NCBI GenBank assembly: GCA_963730185.1
Contig: CAVSQW010000011.1
Location: forward strand, 1-64,000
From: an uncultured Gemmatimonadales bacterium
Lineage (GTDB): Bacteria > Gemmatimonadota > Gemmatimonadetes > Gemmatimonadales > GWC2-71-9
Length of the DNA: 64,000 bases
Direction: 5' to 3'
A program made the translations under genes and the position numbers. Positions 28,660-38,847 of this stretch are shown in pieces. The notes under the pieces were generated by a model. That model made no database searches. It was not told the DNA's origin and saw only the letters and a program-made list of their open reading frames with translations. Positions within the stretch are counted from its first letter, which is position 1; the number at the start of each line of letters is the position of its first letter.

Positions 28660-29333
28660 TGCGCCGCCTCCTCCTCGCCGCGCTGGGGCTGGTGGGCCTG
28701 ACCGGTCGGGCCCTGGCCCAGTCGTCGGACGATCGTCCGTCGGTCAGCATCTCGTTGGCCGCACCCGACGAGCGGACGGGCGCGAGGAAGCCGATCATCT
28801 ACCTCCGCCACCTGATCGCCGACGCCCGGTGGGGCCAGGCGCTCGACAACTCGCTTCCCATCGTCCTCCACAACACGCTCGAGGTGTGGCGGTCGCGGGA
28901 CGGCTGGATCGACGAGCTCCTGTTCGGGACCGAGTGGCAGGTGTACGTCACCAAGGAGCCGCTGGCGGACGAGTACGACGTGACGGTGGTGACCGGGAAT
29001 CGGCCCCAACGACCCCAGCGCTTCGTGCAGCGCGACTCGGCCATCGCGTATCTGGAGCGCCCCAACCTAGTCGAGGTCGTGCCCAACCGGCCGGGCCGGT
29101 TCTACTACGTGCTCACCACCCGGATCACGGCGCTCACCGACGCAGACATGGATCAGCTGGAACGGTTCCTGGCGGGCGATCCCGACCTCGACGTGTCGGG
29201 CCGGAGCGGGACGGTGCTGGGACGCGGGATCCGGCGTCTCCTCCTCAAGATCGCCGGGTTGCCGAGCGAGGTGCTGACGGCGCGCTCGGAGCGGTTCACC
29301 GTGACGGCGCCGCCCCAGAACGACGAGCGTTAG
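28659..29333 (+). CDS. Exported protein, DUF4390-like
   Basis: TGATG coupling; signal peptide ALA; ALDNSLPI.L...LEVWRSRDGW..EPL. Confidence 0.65.
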   Translation: MRRLLLAALGLVGLTGRALAQSSDDRPSVSISLAAPDERTGARKPIIYLRHLIADARWGQALDNSLPIVLHNTLEVWRSRDGWIDELLFGTEWQVYVTKEPLADEYDVTVVTGNRPQRPQRFVQRDSAIAYLERPNLVEVVPNRPGRFYYVLTTRITALTDADMDQLERFLAGDPDLDVSGRSGTVLGRGIRRLLLKIAGLPSEVLTARSERFTVTAPPQNDER

Positions 29334-29878
29334 CCGCCGATCGCGCGGAGCGCCGCCTCCCCGTAGAACAGACGGATGTACTTGGCCTGGATCGTGGTGA
29401 GCCGCCGGACGGCCCACGCGAGGTGCACGAAGTGCGGCTCCAGCGGCAGGGTCGCGGGGTGCATCCCGCACTCGTCAGGCAGGTGGTTACCCTTTCGAGT
29501 GTTACAGGTGCTGCAGGCGGTGACGACGTTGTTCCATTCGTTGCCCCCGCCCCGGGAGATCGGGACCAGGTGATCGCGGGTCAGGCATTCCCGGTGGCGG
29601 AGCTCGAATTGGCGGCGGAGGCAATACTGGCAGGTGTATTCGTCGCGGGCGAACAGGAACGTGTTCGTTACCTGTCGTCTGAATTTTCGAGGCACGTGGA
29701 CGAACCGGACCAGCCGGATGATGGCCGGTTTGGGAAGCGCGACCCGGGCGCTCCGGACCTGCTCACTGCCATCGGCTTCGACGATCTCGGCCTTACCGTC
29801 GATCACCAGCCGAAGGGCCCGACGGAGCGGGACCATCGTGAGCGGTTCGAACGAAGCATTGAGCGCGAGGCACCGCAC
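29330..29878 (-). CDS. HNH endonuclease (McrA-like, stand-alone)
   Basis: LALNASFEPL, RDEYTCQYC, TRDHLVPISRGG and NVVTACSTCNTRKG motifs. Confidence 0.93.
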   Translation of the reverse strand: MRCLALNASFEPLTMVPLRRALRLVIDGKAEIVEADGSEQVRSARVALPKPAIIRLVRFVHVPRKFRRQVTNTFLFARDEYTCQYCLRRQFELRHRECLTRDHLVPISRGGGNEWNNVVTACSTCNTRKGNHLPDECGMHPATLPLEPHFVHLAWAVRRLTTIQAKYIRLFYGEAALRAIGG

Positions 29879-29935
29879 GGCCCGTCTCCCGAGTCGAAAG
29901 GGACTCATCATTCTAGAGGCGGCCCGGGATCGGAA

Positions 29936-31256
29936 TCAAGCCGGGCGACCCCGCCGGTACACGACCCGGCCCGAGGCGACGGTGAGCAGGACCCGGTCGG
30001 GGGAGGCCCCGAGGGCCGCTTCCTCCGGGTCGCCGTCTCCGCGCGGAACGTCCAAGCCGATCAGATCGGCGTGGAACCCCGACGCCAGCCGGCCGACCTC
30101 GCCCCGGAGATCGAGCGCGGCGGCGGCCTCGTTGGTGGCCAGCGCCAGGGTGGTGCGGGCATCGAGCCCGGCCAGCTCCCGGGCCGCCCGGAGCTCGCCG
30201 AAGAGGTCGAGCGAGCCCACGCTGAGCACCGAATCGGTCCCGACCCCAAGCCGGACCCCGGCATCGAGCAGCTCCCGGAGGGGGGCCTGCCGGTGGCCGT
30301 GGCGCCGATTGGAGAGCGGGCAGTGGGCCACGGCCACCCGCCGGTCGGCCAGGACCCTGATGTCCGTCTGGTCCAGCTCGACGGTGTGGATGCAGAGGGT
30401 CCGGGGCCCGAGGATCCCATGGCGCGTCGAGCCAGGCCACGGGCGAGCGGAGGGCATTCGGGCCGACGCCGGGGCCACGCTGCTGGGCCAGGGGCGGGAT
30501 ACCCCGCGCCTCCCAGGCCGCCGCGAAGGGGCCCGCATTCCGGGTTACGAATTCCCACTCCGCGGTCGATTCGGCCAAGTGGACCGCCAGCGGGCGGTCG
30601 ATCAGATCGGAGAGCTCGCGGACCACCCGGTAGAGCGGTCCGCTCACGGTGTAGGGCGCGTGGGGCGAGAGTCCGAGCCGGACCCGAGGGGTCTCGAGCG
30701 GGAGCAGCTCGTCGATCCGCTTTCGGAGCGCCACCAGGCTCTCCTGGCGCTGGGACGGGTGAGGACCGAACACCTCCTGATAGACGATTCCCGACCCACC
30801 CGCCTCGACCAGGGCCCCGAGGACGGCCCCCGAATCGCCGGTGTCGGCGACGGTCGTGATCCCGGCCGCGAAGGCGTCCCGCACCCCTCGGCGGGCCGCC
30901 TCCCTGAACCAGTCCGGGGCCTGATCGGCCTTGGCCGCCCGGAGGGTCCGGATCCACCGGGGGAAATCGTCGGGGGGGGCGTCGCTCGCCAGGCCGGTCA
31001 GCTCGAGATGGGTGTGGAGGTTGACCAGCCCGGGCATCAAGAGACCCGGAACCGCCTCCCGGGCCACCCCCTCGAGGGACGCGAAGTCGGCCACCGGCCC
31101 CACGCCTTCGATCCGTCCCTCCGCGCCCACCAGCACGGCGCCATCGGTCAACGGTGGGCCCGCCATGGTAACGACCACGGGGGCGGTATAGAGGGTGGGA
31201 CGAGCGGACGATCGGTCGGGCGGGTGGACGGGGGTTCGGGAACGGGTCTCCGTCAG
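29936..31256 (-). pseudogene. Amidohydrolase family (MTA/SAH deaminase-like); 1-bp frameshift at ~30426; start uncertain
   Basis: PGLVNLHTHLE, SPHAPYTVS and HLAES in one frame; CIHTV, HCPLSN, GTDS and G.LASGFHADL in another. Removing one base joins them. Confidence 0.85.
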
Positions 31257-33391
31257 GGGGTCGCTCCGGTCGCGGGTTGAGGCCGGGTATGGAACGGGCA
31301 GCGCCGGGTCGGTTCCGTTCCGGGATAGTAGTACTCGATCCCGAGCTTGTCCTTGGGACAGAACGGCGTGGGCAGATAGCCGGTCGACTGGTCGATCTCG
31401 TAGGCGAGGATGCCGTCGGGCATCGCCCATGGGGCGGGTGCCTTTCGGCGCTCGTAGATCTCGTTCATCATCGTGGCCCAGGCCGGGGCGGCCAGGAGCC
31501 CGCCCTGGGCGTTGCTCTTGATCACCTGCTTCTTGTCGAACCCCATCCAGACCCCGGCCACCAGGTCGGGGGTGAAGCCCACGAACCAGACGTCCATGCC
31601 GTCGTTGGTCGTCCCGGTCTTGCCCGCGGCCGGGAGACCGAATCCCCCACGCGACACAATCGATCCATGCGCGGTTCCCCGCCGGACCACGTCGCGCAGC
31701 CCGTCGAGGAGGAGCCAGGCATGTTCGGGGTCGATCACCCGTGACGACCGGATCTCGGGCTGCCAGACGATGTTGCCGTCCCGATCCTCGACCCGGACGA
31801 TCGCGTTGGGGCGCACCCGGACGCCGAGATTGGCGAACGTCCCGAAGGCGCTGGTCAGCTCCAGCGGGGTGACCTCGGCCGCGCCGATGAAGATCGATGG
31901 TACCCTGGGAATCTTGGTCGCGATGCCGTCGGCCGCCGCTTCACTGATCACGGCGTCGACCCCGACGTCGAGGCCGACCCGGACCGCGACGGTATTCCGC
32001 GAGTCGTAGAGCCCTTCTCGCATGCTGAGCGGGCCCCGGTACTTGTTGTCGTAGTTCTTGGGGCTCCAGTCGGGCTGATCCTCCACCGGCACGAAGACCG
32101 GGGCGTCATCGTACATCTGGCTCAGCGGGATCCCGGCCCGGATGGCGGCGGAGTAGACGAAGGGCTTGAAGGTGGAGCCGGCCTGCCGGAACGCCTGGGT
32201 GGCCCGGTTGAACTTCGAATCCTCGAAATCGCGGCCCCCGACCAGGGCTCGGACGTAGCCGGTCTCGGGTTCGATCACCACCACCGCCCCCTGGAGGTAA
32301 GGGGAGAAGGGTCCGGTGTCGTCATCGGTCTCGTCACCGCCGTGGGCGTCGAGGTACTGCTGATACGTCTGGCGGTGGTAGGGACCGAACTTGCCGTCCT
32401 CGATCGCGTCGAGCTGGGTTTGGAGGGCGCGCTCGGCCGCCTGCTGCATGTCGAGGTCGAGCGCGGTGTAGATCCGGAGGCCGGCCGTGTAGAGCTCCAT
32501 CCCGAACCGGGCTTCGAGGATCTGCCGGACGTTCTCGACGTAGTAGTCCGCCATCCCAGCGTAGTCGGAGCGGGACGACAGGGCCAACGGGTAGGCCTTC
32601 CACGCCTCGGAGGACTCGCGGGAGAGCTTGCCGGTCTCCCGGAGCAGGCCGATCACCAGGTTCCGCCGCATCACGGCGAGATCCGGGTTACGGCGGGGGT
32701 TGTAGCGGCTGGGCGCTTTGGGAAGCGCCGCCAGCATGGCCGCCTCGGCCACGTTCAGCTGACGGGCCGACTTGCCGAAATAGCGTTGGGCGGCCGCCTC
32801 CACCCCGAAGGCCCGGTTCCCGAGGTCGATCTGGTTGAGGTAGAGCTCGAGGATCTTGTCTTTGGGGTAGTTCCGCTCGATCTCCACGGCCATCCGCGCT
32901 TCGCGGAGCTTCCGGGTGATCCCGGCAAAGCCCCGCCGCTGACGGCGGTCGATCTGCTCGGGCCAGAGGTTGCCGGCCAGCTGCATGGTGACAGTGGAGA
33001 AGCCGGTGACCCGGTGGCCGGTGAGGATGGCCTTGACCGAGCCGAAGAAGCGGATCCAGTCGATCCCATGATGCTCGTAGAACCGTCGGTCTTCCGTGCT
33101 CAAGAAGGCGGCGATCACCGCGGGGGACATCTGTTTCAGGGGGACCACGGTCCGCCGCTCGAGCCCCAGGTCGGTGACCAGTCGCCCGTCCGCCGCGTAC
33201 ACCTTGGAGGCCTGGTCGGGATCGTAGGAATCGAGACTCGCGATCGAGGGACAGGCGCCGACCGGCCGGCAGACGTTGAACCAGGCCCCGACCAGGAGCG
33301 CGGCGCCGAACACCCCAAGGGCGCCGATCGTGAGGAGGACCCGAAAACGGATGGTGGGGGACCGCCACCACTTGAAGAGCGAAACGGCCAT
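31253..33391 (-). CDS. Class A penicillin-binding protein (PBP1A family)
   Basis: EDRRFYEHHG, ST.TMQLA, RKLRE, YLN, GSTFKP (SxxK), SRN and KTGT motifs. Confidence 0.96.
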   Translation of the reverse strand: MAVSLFKWWRSPTIRFRVLLTIGALGVFGAALLVGAWFNVCRPVGACPSIASLDSYDPDQASKVYAADGRLVTDLGLERRTVVPLKQMSPAVIAAFLSTEDRRFYEHHGIDWIRFFGSVKAILTGHRVTGFSTVTMQLAGNLWPEQIDRRQRRGFAGITRKLREARMAVEIERNYPKDKILELYLNQIDLGNRAFGVEAAAQRYFGKSARQLNVAEAAMLAALPKAPSRYNPRRNPDLAVMRRNLVIGLLRETGKLSRESSEAWKAYPLALSSRSDYAGMADYYVENVRQILEARFGMELYTAGLRIYTALDLDMQQAAERALQTQLDAIEDGKFGPYHRQTYQQYLDAHGGDETDDDTGPFSPYLQGAVVVIEPETGYVRALVGGRDFEDSKFNRATQAFRQAGSTFKPFVYSAAIRAGIPLSQMYDDAPVFVPVEDQPDWSPKNYDNKYRGPLSMREGLYDSRNTVAVRVGLDVGVDAVISEAAADGIATKIPRVPSIFIGAAEVTPLELTSAFGTFANLGVRVRPNAIVRVEDRDGNIVWQPEIRSSRVIDPEHAWLLLDGLRDVVRRGTAHGSIVSRGGFGLPAAGKTGTTNDGMDVWFVGFTPDLVAGVWMGFDKKQVIKSNAQGGLLAAPAWATMMNEIYERRKAPAPWAMPDGILAYEIDQSTGYLPTPFCPKDKLGIEYYYPGTEPTRRCPFHTRPQPATGATP

Positions 33392-33404
33392 GACGTAAAC
33401 ATAA

Positions 33405-33575
33405 GGGATTCGGGAGTTGTGAGTAGGGAATAGGGAGGGAGTAGAGAGTGGGCACTAGGGCGGGAGGAAAGGGGGATTGGGATGGGGCGGATCGACGAGC
33501 GCCCTAGTGGCCCCGACTCACAACCACCTATTCCCTCCCCAGTCACTACTGACGACCCCCTCGTCCCTACTGTCG
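33405..33575. repeat. Degenerate heptamer tandem repeats (GKGAGTN) in inverted arrangement
   Basis: GGGATTC GGGAGTT GTGAGTA GGGAATA followed by complementary units (GACTCAC AACCAC CTATTCCC). 10-bp inverted repeat CACTAGGGCG (33453) / CGCCCTAGTG (33500). Confidence 0.75.
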
Positions 33576-33602
33576 GCTCCCTCGTGACGATATTCTTTCC
33601 TC

Positions 33603-34913
33603 ATGTCGACACTCCTGACTGAACTCGGTGCCCGGGGGCTCCTCCACGACGCCACGCCCGGCCTGGCCGACCGGCTCGCGCAGGGGCCGATCACGGGATA
33701 CGTCGGATTCGACCCGACGGCGGACTCGTTGCACGTCGGCAGCCTGGTGCCGGTCATGGCGCTGGTCTGGCTTCAGCGGACCGGCGGCCGTCCGATCGCG
33801 CTGGTCGGGGGCGGCACTGGGCTGGTCGGCGATCCGAGCGGCAAGCGGAGCGAGCGGCCGATGCTCACCCCGGAGCAGGTGGAGGCGAACGTCGCCGGCA
33901 TCCGGATGCAGCTGGAGCGCTTCCTCGACTTCGACGGCCCCCGGGGCGCCCGGCTCCTCAACAACCTGGCGTGGCTGGGCGAGCTCCGGCTGCTCGACTT
34001 CCTCCGCGACGTCGGGAAGCACTTCACCGTGAACTACATGCTGCAGAAGGACTCGGTGAAGAGCCGGCTCGAGGCCGGGATCTCCTTCACCGAGTTCTCC
34101 TACATGCTGGTCCAGGCGTACGACTTCGCCCACCTGCACCGGACCGCCGGCTGCGAGATCCAGATGGGTGGGAGCGACCAGTGGGGCAACATCACGGCCG
34201 GAATCGAGCTGATCGGCCGGCGGACCGGTGCCGTGGCGCACGGCCTGGTAATGCCCCTCCTGACCCAGGCCAGCGGCGCCAAGTTCGGAAAGAGCGAGGA
34301 GGGCAACGTCTGGCTCGACCCGGCCCGGACCTCGCCCTACAAGTTCTATCAATTCTGGCTGAACTCGGCCGATGCCGACGTGGACCGGCTCCTCAAGACC
34401 TTCACCGTCCGCCCGGTCGACGAGCTCGCCGCGCTGATGGCCGAGCAGACCAAGAACCCGGCGCTCCGAACGGCGCAGCGCGAGCTGGCCCGGGACGTGA
34501 CGGTCCGGGTCCACGGCGAGGACACCACGGCCAGGGTCATCGCCGCCAGCCAGGTGCTCTTCGGCGGCGCCGACCTCCGGGCCGTCGACCCCGAGACGTT
34601 CGCCCTGGTGGCGGGCGAGGTGACGACGGTCGCGGTCGCCGCGGACCGGCTCGACGCCGGGGTCAACGTGGTGGACGCGCTGCTGGAGACCGGGCTCGTC
34701 TCGTCCAAGGCCGACGCTCGTCGAGGCATTCAAGGTGGCGGATTCTCGGTCAACGGTCAGAAAGTGACCGGGACCGACATCACGGTGACGAGGTCGGACC
34801 TGCTCGCAGGCCGCTACGTCGCGCTCCAGAAGGGGCGGAGAAACTTCGCCATGATGGTGGTGAGTGGTGAGTCGGGAGTCGTGACTAGGGAGGGAGTTGT
34901 GACTCGGGAGTAG
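33603..34913 (+). CDS. tyrS: Tyrosine--tRNA ligase
   Basis: [35 protein letters not shown] and a C-terminal S4 domain. Confidence 0.98.
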   Translation: MSTLLTELGARGLLHDATPGLADRLAQGPITGYVGFDPTADSLHVGSLVPVMALVWLQRTGGRPIALVGGGTGLVGDPSGKRSERPMLTPEQVEANVAGIRMQLERFLDFDGPRGARLLNNLAWLGELRLLDFLRDVGKHFTVNYMLQKDSVKSRLEAGISFTEFSYMLVQAYDFAHLHRTAGCEIQMGGSDQWGNITAGIELIGRRTGAVAHGLVMPLLTQASGAKFGKSEEGNVWLDPARTSPYKFYQFWLNSADADVDRLLKTFTVRPVDELAALMAEQTKNPALRTAQRELARDVTVRVHGEDTTARVIAASQVLFGGADLRAVDPETFALVAGEVTTVAVAADRLDAGVNVVDALLETGLVSSKADARRGIQGGGFSVNGQKVTGTDITVTRSDLLAGRYVALQKGRRNFAMMVVSGESGVVTREGVVTRE

Positions 34914-35003
34914 GGCGGGAGTTGTGATCAGGGACTAGCTGCGACTCACGAGCCACCACTCACTCCCTGCTCACAACTCCCAAGTCACAACTCACAACCT
35001 CAC
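34860..35003. repeat. Degenerate heptamer tandem repeats (GKGASTN) in inverted arrangement
   Basis: GTGAGTG GTGAGTC GGGAGTC GTGACTA...GGGAGTT GTGATCA GGGACTA followed by GACTCAC GAGCCAC CACTCAC...AACTCCC AAGTCAC AACTCAC. Confidence 0.8.
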
Positions 35004-36571
35004 CATCGGCTCCGTCGGGTCCCGCGCGAGGCCTTGCCGGTCAGGGCGCCCATCGCGGTCCGGGCCAACTGGCTGCCGAGCGTTCGCACGACGGTCGTGG
35101 CGAAGGCGCCGAGGAGGCCGCCGAGGGCGAGCTTGCCGGCGGTTCCGGACCCGCGCTTGGCCGCCGGGGCCCGCTCCGTGAACGGCCCCCGCGGCTGAGG
35201 GGCCGGTGCCGGCGGGGCGGGCGCGCTCGCTGCCAGCCGACGGGCCAGCATCTCGAAGGCGCTGTCCCGGTTCACCGCAGTGCCGTATTCCCTGACCAGA
35301 TCCGACTCGGCCAGCTCCTTCTGCATCTCGTCCGGCGTGAGCGGCGCCATCCGCGAGGTCGGCGGCACCAGGCGGGCGGCCACCACCGGCGTCGGAACGC
35401 CGCGCGGGTCGAGCCCTGTCACCACGGCTTCGCCGATGCCTAGCGACGTGAGCGTCTCCTCCAGATCGTAGTACTCGGTCTTCGGGAAGGTCCGGACGGT
35501 GGCTTTGAGGGCGGCATCGTCGTCGGGGGTGTGGGCCCGGAGGGCGTGCTGGACCCGGTTCCCGAGCTGGGCCAGGACCGCGTCGGGAACGTCCTTCGGG
35601 GTCTGGGTCACGAAGAACACCCCCACGCCCTTGGAGCGGATCAGGCGGACCACCAGCTCCACCTGTTCCAGGAAGGCCTTGGACGCGCCCCGAAAGAGCA
35701 GGTGGGCCTCGTCGAAGAAGAACACCAGCTTCGGCTTCGCCAGGTCGCCCGCCTCGGGCAGGTTGGCGTAGAGCTCCGCCAGCATCCACATCATGAAGGT
35801 GGAGAACAGGGCGGGCTTGTTCTGGCAGTCGGCCAGCTCGAGACAGGTGACCACCCCGCGCCCGTCGGGCGTCACGTGGAGCAGGTCGCGGATGTCGAAC
35901 TCCGGCTCGCCGAAGAACTGCTTGGCGCCCTGGGTTTCGAGCTCGACCATCTCCCGGAGAAGGACGCCGACGGTGGCCGGCGACATTCCGCCGTACTCCT
36001 TGAGGAGCGCCTTGCCGTCGTCGCCGGCGAGGTACTTGAGCACGGCCCGGAGATCGTCGAAGTCGAGCAGCGGCAGCCCTTGGTCGTCGCAGATCTTGAA
36101 GACCATGGTCAGGACGCTGGCCTGGGTCTCGTTGAGATCGAGCACCTTGCCGAGGAGGAGCGGCCCGAACGACGTCACGGTGGCCCGGAGCTGCACCCCG
36201 TTCGTTCCGGTCAGACTCACGAACTCGACCGGGGCGGCCCGGGGCTCCCAGGGCGTCCCGACATCGGCCAGCCGCTGGTCGAGCTTGGGGCTCCGGACGC
36301 CCGCGGCGGCCAGCCCGGAGAGGTCGCCCTTCATGTCGGCGACGAAGACCGGCACGCCTTGAGCGGAGAGCTGGTCGGTCAAGAGCTGGAGGGTCTTGGT
36401 CTTGCCGGTCCCGGTGGCCCCGGCGATCAGGCCGTGCCGGTTCAGCATGGCCAGGGGCCACACGATCTTGGGCTCGGGGACCACGCGGGCCTGATCCAGG
36501 GCGGCACCGAGGGTCACCACCGGAGGCGCGAAGCCGTATCCCGCCTTCACCGCGTCGTCGAGCGTCGTCAT
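35000..36571 (-). CDS. HerA-like ATPase, DUF853/YjgR family
   Basis: NRHGLIAGATGTGKTKTLQ, FFFDEAHLLF, RLIRSKGVG and QLGNRVQHALRA motifs. Confidence 0.95.
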   Translation of the reverse strand: MTTLDDAVKAGYGFAPPVVTLGAALDQARVVPEPKIVWPLAMLNRHGLIAGATGTGKTKTLQLLTDQLSAQGVPVFVADMKGDLSGLAAAGVRSPKLDQRLADVGTPWEPRAAPVEFVSLTGTNGVQLRATVTSFGPLLLGKVLDLNETQASVLTMVFKICDDQGLPLLDFDDLRAVLKYLAGDDGKALLKEYGGMSPATVGVLLREMVELETQGAKQFFGEPEFDIRDLLHVTPDGRGVVTCLELADCQNKPALFSTFMMWMLAELYANLPEAGDLAKPKLVFFFDEAHLLFRGASKAFLEQVELVVRLIRSKGVGVFFVTQTPKDVPDAVLAQLGNRVQHALRAHTPDDDAALKATVRTFPKTEYYDLEETLTSLGIGEAVVTGLDPRGVPTPVVAARLVPPTSRMAPLTPDEMQKELAESDLVREYGTAVNRDSAFEMLARRLAASAPAPPAPAPQPRGPFTERAPAAKRGSGTAGKLALGGLLGAFATTVVRTLGSQLARTAMGALTGKASRGTRRSRW

Positions 36572-37740
36572 CTGATCCTCTGGGACGCCGGGCCGGCCAG
36601 CACCCGGTCGATGATATCGGTCACCCGCTGCATCTCGTCCGCGGTATTATAGCAATGCGGCGAGAGCCGGATGCCGCCCTCCCGGAGACTCGCCACCACG
36701 CCAGCCTCGGCCAACGCGTGGTGCACCCGGGCCGCATCCGGCGGCACCAGGCAGACCATCCCGGGCGCCCGTGACGAGGCCGGCGCGGCCAGGGCGATGC
36801 CCCGGCGGTCGGCCCACGAGAGGACGGGCTCGGTGATCGTCACCAGGTGGCGCTCGATCTCGGCGGGCCCCAGCTCGAGCAGGAGCCCCGCGGCCTCGTT
36901 GAAGCCCACGAAGTCCTGGACCGGCAGGGTGATCATCTCGAACCGGCGGGCGTCCTCGTGCCAGGCGCGGGGATAATCGGTGAGCCGAGAGAAGTCCTCG
37001 GTGCCGGCGAAGGCCATCCACCCGGCGAAGGGCGGCTCCAGGGAGCGCACCAGATCGGGCCGCACCCAGGCGAAGCCGGTTCCCCAGGGCGAGAGCAGCC
37101 ACTTCTGCGCCCCGGCCGACACGACCGCGGCCGGGGTCCGCCGCACGTCGAACGGCCGCTGGCCGAGGCTCTGGATGGCGTCCACCACCAGGAAGGTCCC
37201 GGTCGCGTCAGCCCGGCCGGCGAGCCGTTCGAGGTCCACCGCGTAGCCCGACTGGAACTGGACCGAGGAGACGGTCACCACCCGGACCCGCGGGTCGCCC
37301 ATCCGCTCCAGCAGGCGAGGCTCGTCGGGCCAGCCCTCGGGCGTGCGGGGAAGCAGCTCGAATCGAATTCCCCGGCGCTCCAGGGCCCGCCAGGGCACCA
37401 CGTTGGCCGGGAACTCCCCGTGGCTCGCGACCACGACGTCCCCGGGGTCGAGCGGGAGCATCAGCGCCGCGAGGTTCAAGCCGTAGCTGGTATTGGTGGC
37501 CAGGGCGATCTCGGACGGCTGGCCGCCGACCAGGCGGGCGGCCGTCTCCCGGGCCCGGGCCAGGATCGCCTGGAGCCGGGCGTCGGAGATGGCACACCCC
37601 TCGGCCCGCTCCCGGTTGAAGGCCTCGACCGCCCGGCGGGCCCGTTCGGGCAGGGGGCCTGTGCTGGCGTGGTTGAGAAAGATCCGGCGATCGGCCCAGG
37701 GGAACTCGTCCCGGCGGAGGGCGGCGACATCGTAGCTCAT
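36568..37740 (-). CDS. Aminotransferase class V-fold PLP enzyme
   Basis: FLNHAS, NTSYGLN, VDAIQSLG, QKWLLSPWG and RLSPHCYN motifs. Confidence 0.92.
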   Translation of the reverse strand: MSYDVAALRRDEFPWADRRIFLNHASTGPLPERARRAVEAFNRERAEGCAISDARLQAILARARETAARLVGGQPSEIALATNTSYGLNLAALMLPLDPGDVVVASHGEFPANVVPWRALERRGIRFELLPRTPEGWPDEPRLLERMGDPRVRVVTVSSVQFQSGYAVDLERLAGRADATGTFLVVDAIQSLGQRPFDVRRTPAAVVSAGAQKWLLSPWGTGFAWVRPDLVRSLEPPFAGWMAFAGTEDFSRLTDYPRAWHEDARRFEMITLPVQDFVGFNEAAGLLLELGPAEIERHLVTITEPVLSWADRRGIALAAPASSRAPGMVCLVPPDAARVHHALAEAGVVASLREGGIRLSPHCYNTADEMQRVTDIIDRVLAGPASQRIR

Positions 37741-37779
37741 GCTGGTGACCTTCTCCCCGCCTGCCGATAACTTTCGATC

Positions 37780-38847
37780 ATGACCCTCGCTCCTCGGTTC
37801 AGCCTGGTCCTCGGCGGTGGCGGCCTCAAGGGGCTGGCCCACATCGGTGTGCTCCACGCCCTGGAGGAGCGGGGGATGATCCCGGATGCCGTGATCGGGA
37901 CGAGCATCGGGTCCCTGATCGCGGCGGCCTGGGCAACCGGGATGCCGCTCCGGGAGATGGAGGATCGCGCCCTGGCGCTCAAGCGCAAGGACGTGTTCCG
38001 GGTGGCCCATCTCGACATGGCGCTCAAGCGGATGCTCTCCCCCGCCGTGTACCGTCGCGATCCCCTGGAGCAGGTCCTGGCGGCGCTGGTGGGCGACCGG
38101 ACCTTCGACGATCTGCCCCGAAAGCTGGTCATCAACACGATCGACCTCAACACCGGCCAACAGATCCTTTGGGGCCTCCCGGGACTGACCAAGGTCCGGG
38201 TCGCGGACGCGGTGTTCGCCGCCTGCGCCCTCCCCGGAATTCTGGCGCCCCGGCCGATCGACGGCCACGTCTGCGTCGACGGCGCCGTGGTCGAGAATCT
38301 GCCGGTCCGGGCCGCGATGGCCGTCGGCCGGGGACCGATCATCGCGGTGGACGTCGGCGGGACCGAGGGCGAGCGCCGGGGAATCGAGCGGCAGGGCTTC
38401 GCGGCGACCTACGCGCGGGGCCTCGAGATCGTGATGCAGACCCTGGCCGAGGAGATGCTCCGGGAGTGGACCGACCCGCCGATCGTGCTGGTCCGCCCCC
38501 GGGTCGAGAAGATCTCGATGTTCGCCTTCAACCGGACCCCCTATCTCATCGCCGAAGGCTTCCGGGCCCTGAACGCCACCCTCGACCGACTCCCGGGCGA
38601 CCTGACCCGGCTTCCCGCGGGGATCCACCCCCAGCGCGAGGTGGAGGTGAAGATCGACCCCGAGCGATGCACGGGCTGCGGCGTCTGCTACGCCCGCGAC
38701 CCCCAGCTCTTCGGCCGGGGCCAGGACGGCAAGGCGGTGGTCCGCCGGCCGCGCCAGTGGTGGTCGCCGCTGGGGCAGCGGGTCATGCGGTGGTGTCCGG
38801 TCCGGGCGATCGGCTACGAACAGGTGTGGCCAGCGCTCGACGACTGA
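37780..38847 (+). CDS. Patatin-like phospholipase fused to a C-terminal ferredoxin domain
   Basis: LGGGGLKGLAHIG, GTSIG and VDG motifs; C-terminal IDPERCTGCGVC...WCPVRAI. Confidence 0.92.
   Translation: MTLAPRFSLVLGGGGLKGLAHIGVLHALEERGMIPDAVIGTSIGSLIAAAWATGMPLREMEDRALALKRKDVFRVAHLDMALKRMLSPAVYRRDPLEQVLAALVGDRTFDDLPRKLVINTIDLNTGQQILWGLPGLTKVRVADAVFAACALPGILAPRPIDGHVCVDGAVVENLPVRAAMAVGRGPIIAVDVGGTEGERRGIERQGFAATYARGLEIVMQTLAEEMLREWTDPPIVLVRPRVEKISMFAFNRTPYLIAEGFRALNATLDRLPGDLTRLPAGIHPQREVEVKIDPERCTGCGVCYARDPQLFGRGQDGKAVVRRPRQWWSPLGQRVMRWCPVRAIGYEQVWPALDD

Noticed and set aside
29330..29878. HNH gene as a defence system, IscB/Cas9 or homing element
   Set aside because: Short stand-alone McrA-like protein with no RuvC motifs, methylase, intron or flanking repeats.
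33392..33602. T-box riboswitch upstream of tyrS
   Set aside because: No T-box (GGTGG-N-ACC) antiterminator bulge seen; the region is explained by heptamer repeats.
33405..35003. CRISPR array
   Set aside because: Units are degenerate 7-mers without unique spacers, and no cas genes are present.
35000..36571. HerA-type anti-phage system
   Set aside because: DUF853/YjgR housekeeping-type ATPase with no Sir2, NurA or nuclease partner adjacent.
36568..37740. SufS/IscS cysteine desulfurase call
   Set aside because: The catalytic Cys loop (RxGxHC or SACS) is not evident, so it is left as a generic class V enzyme.
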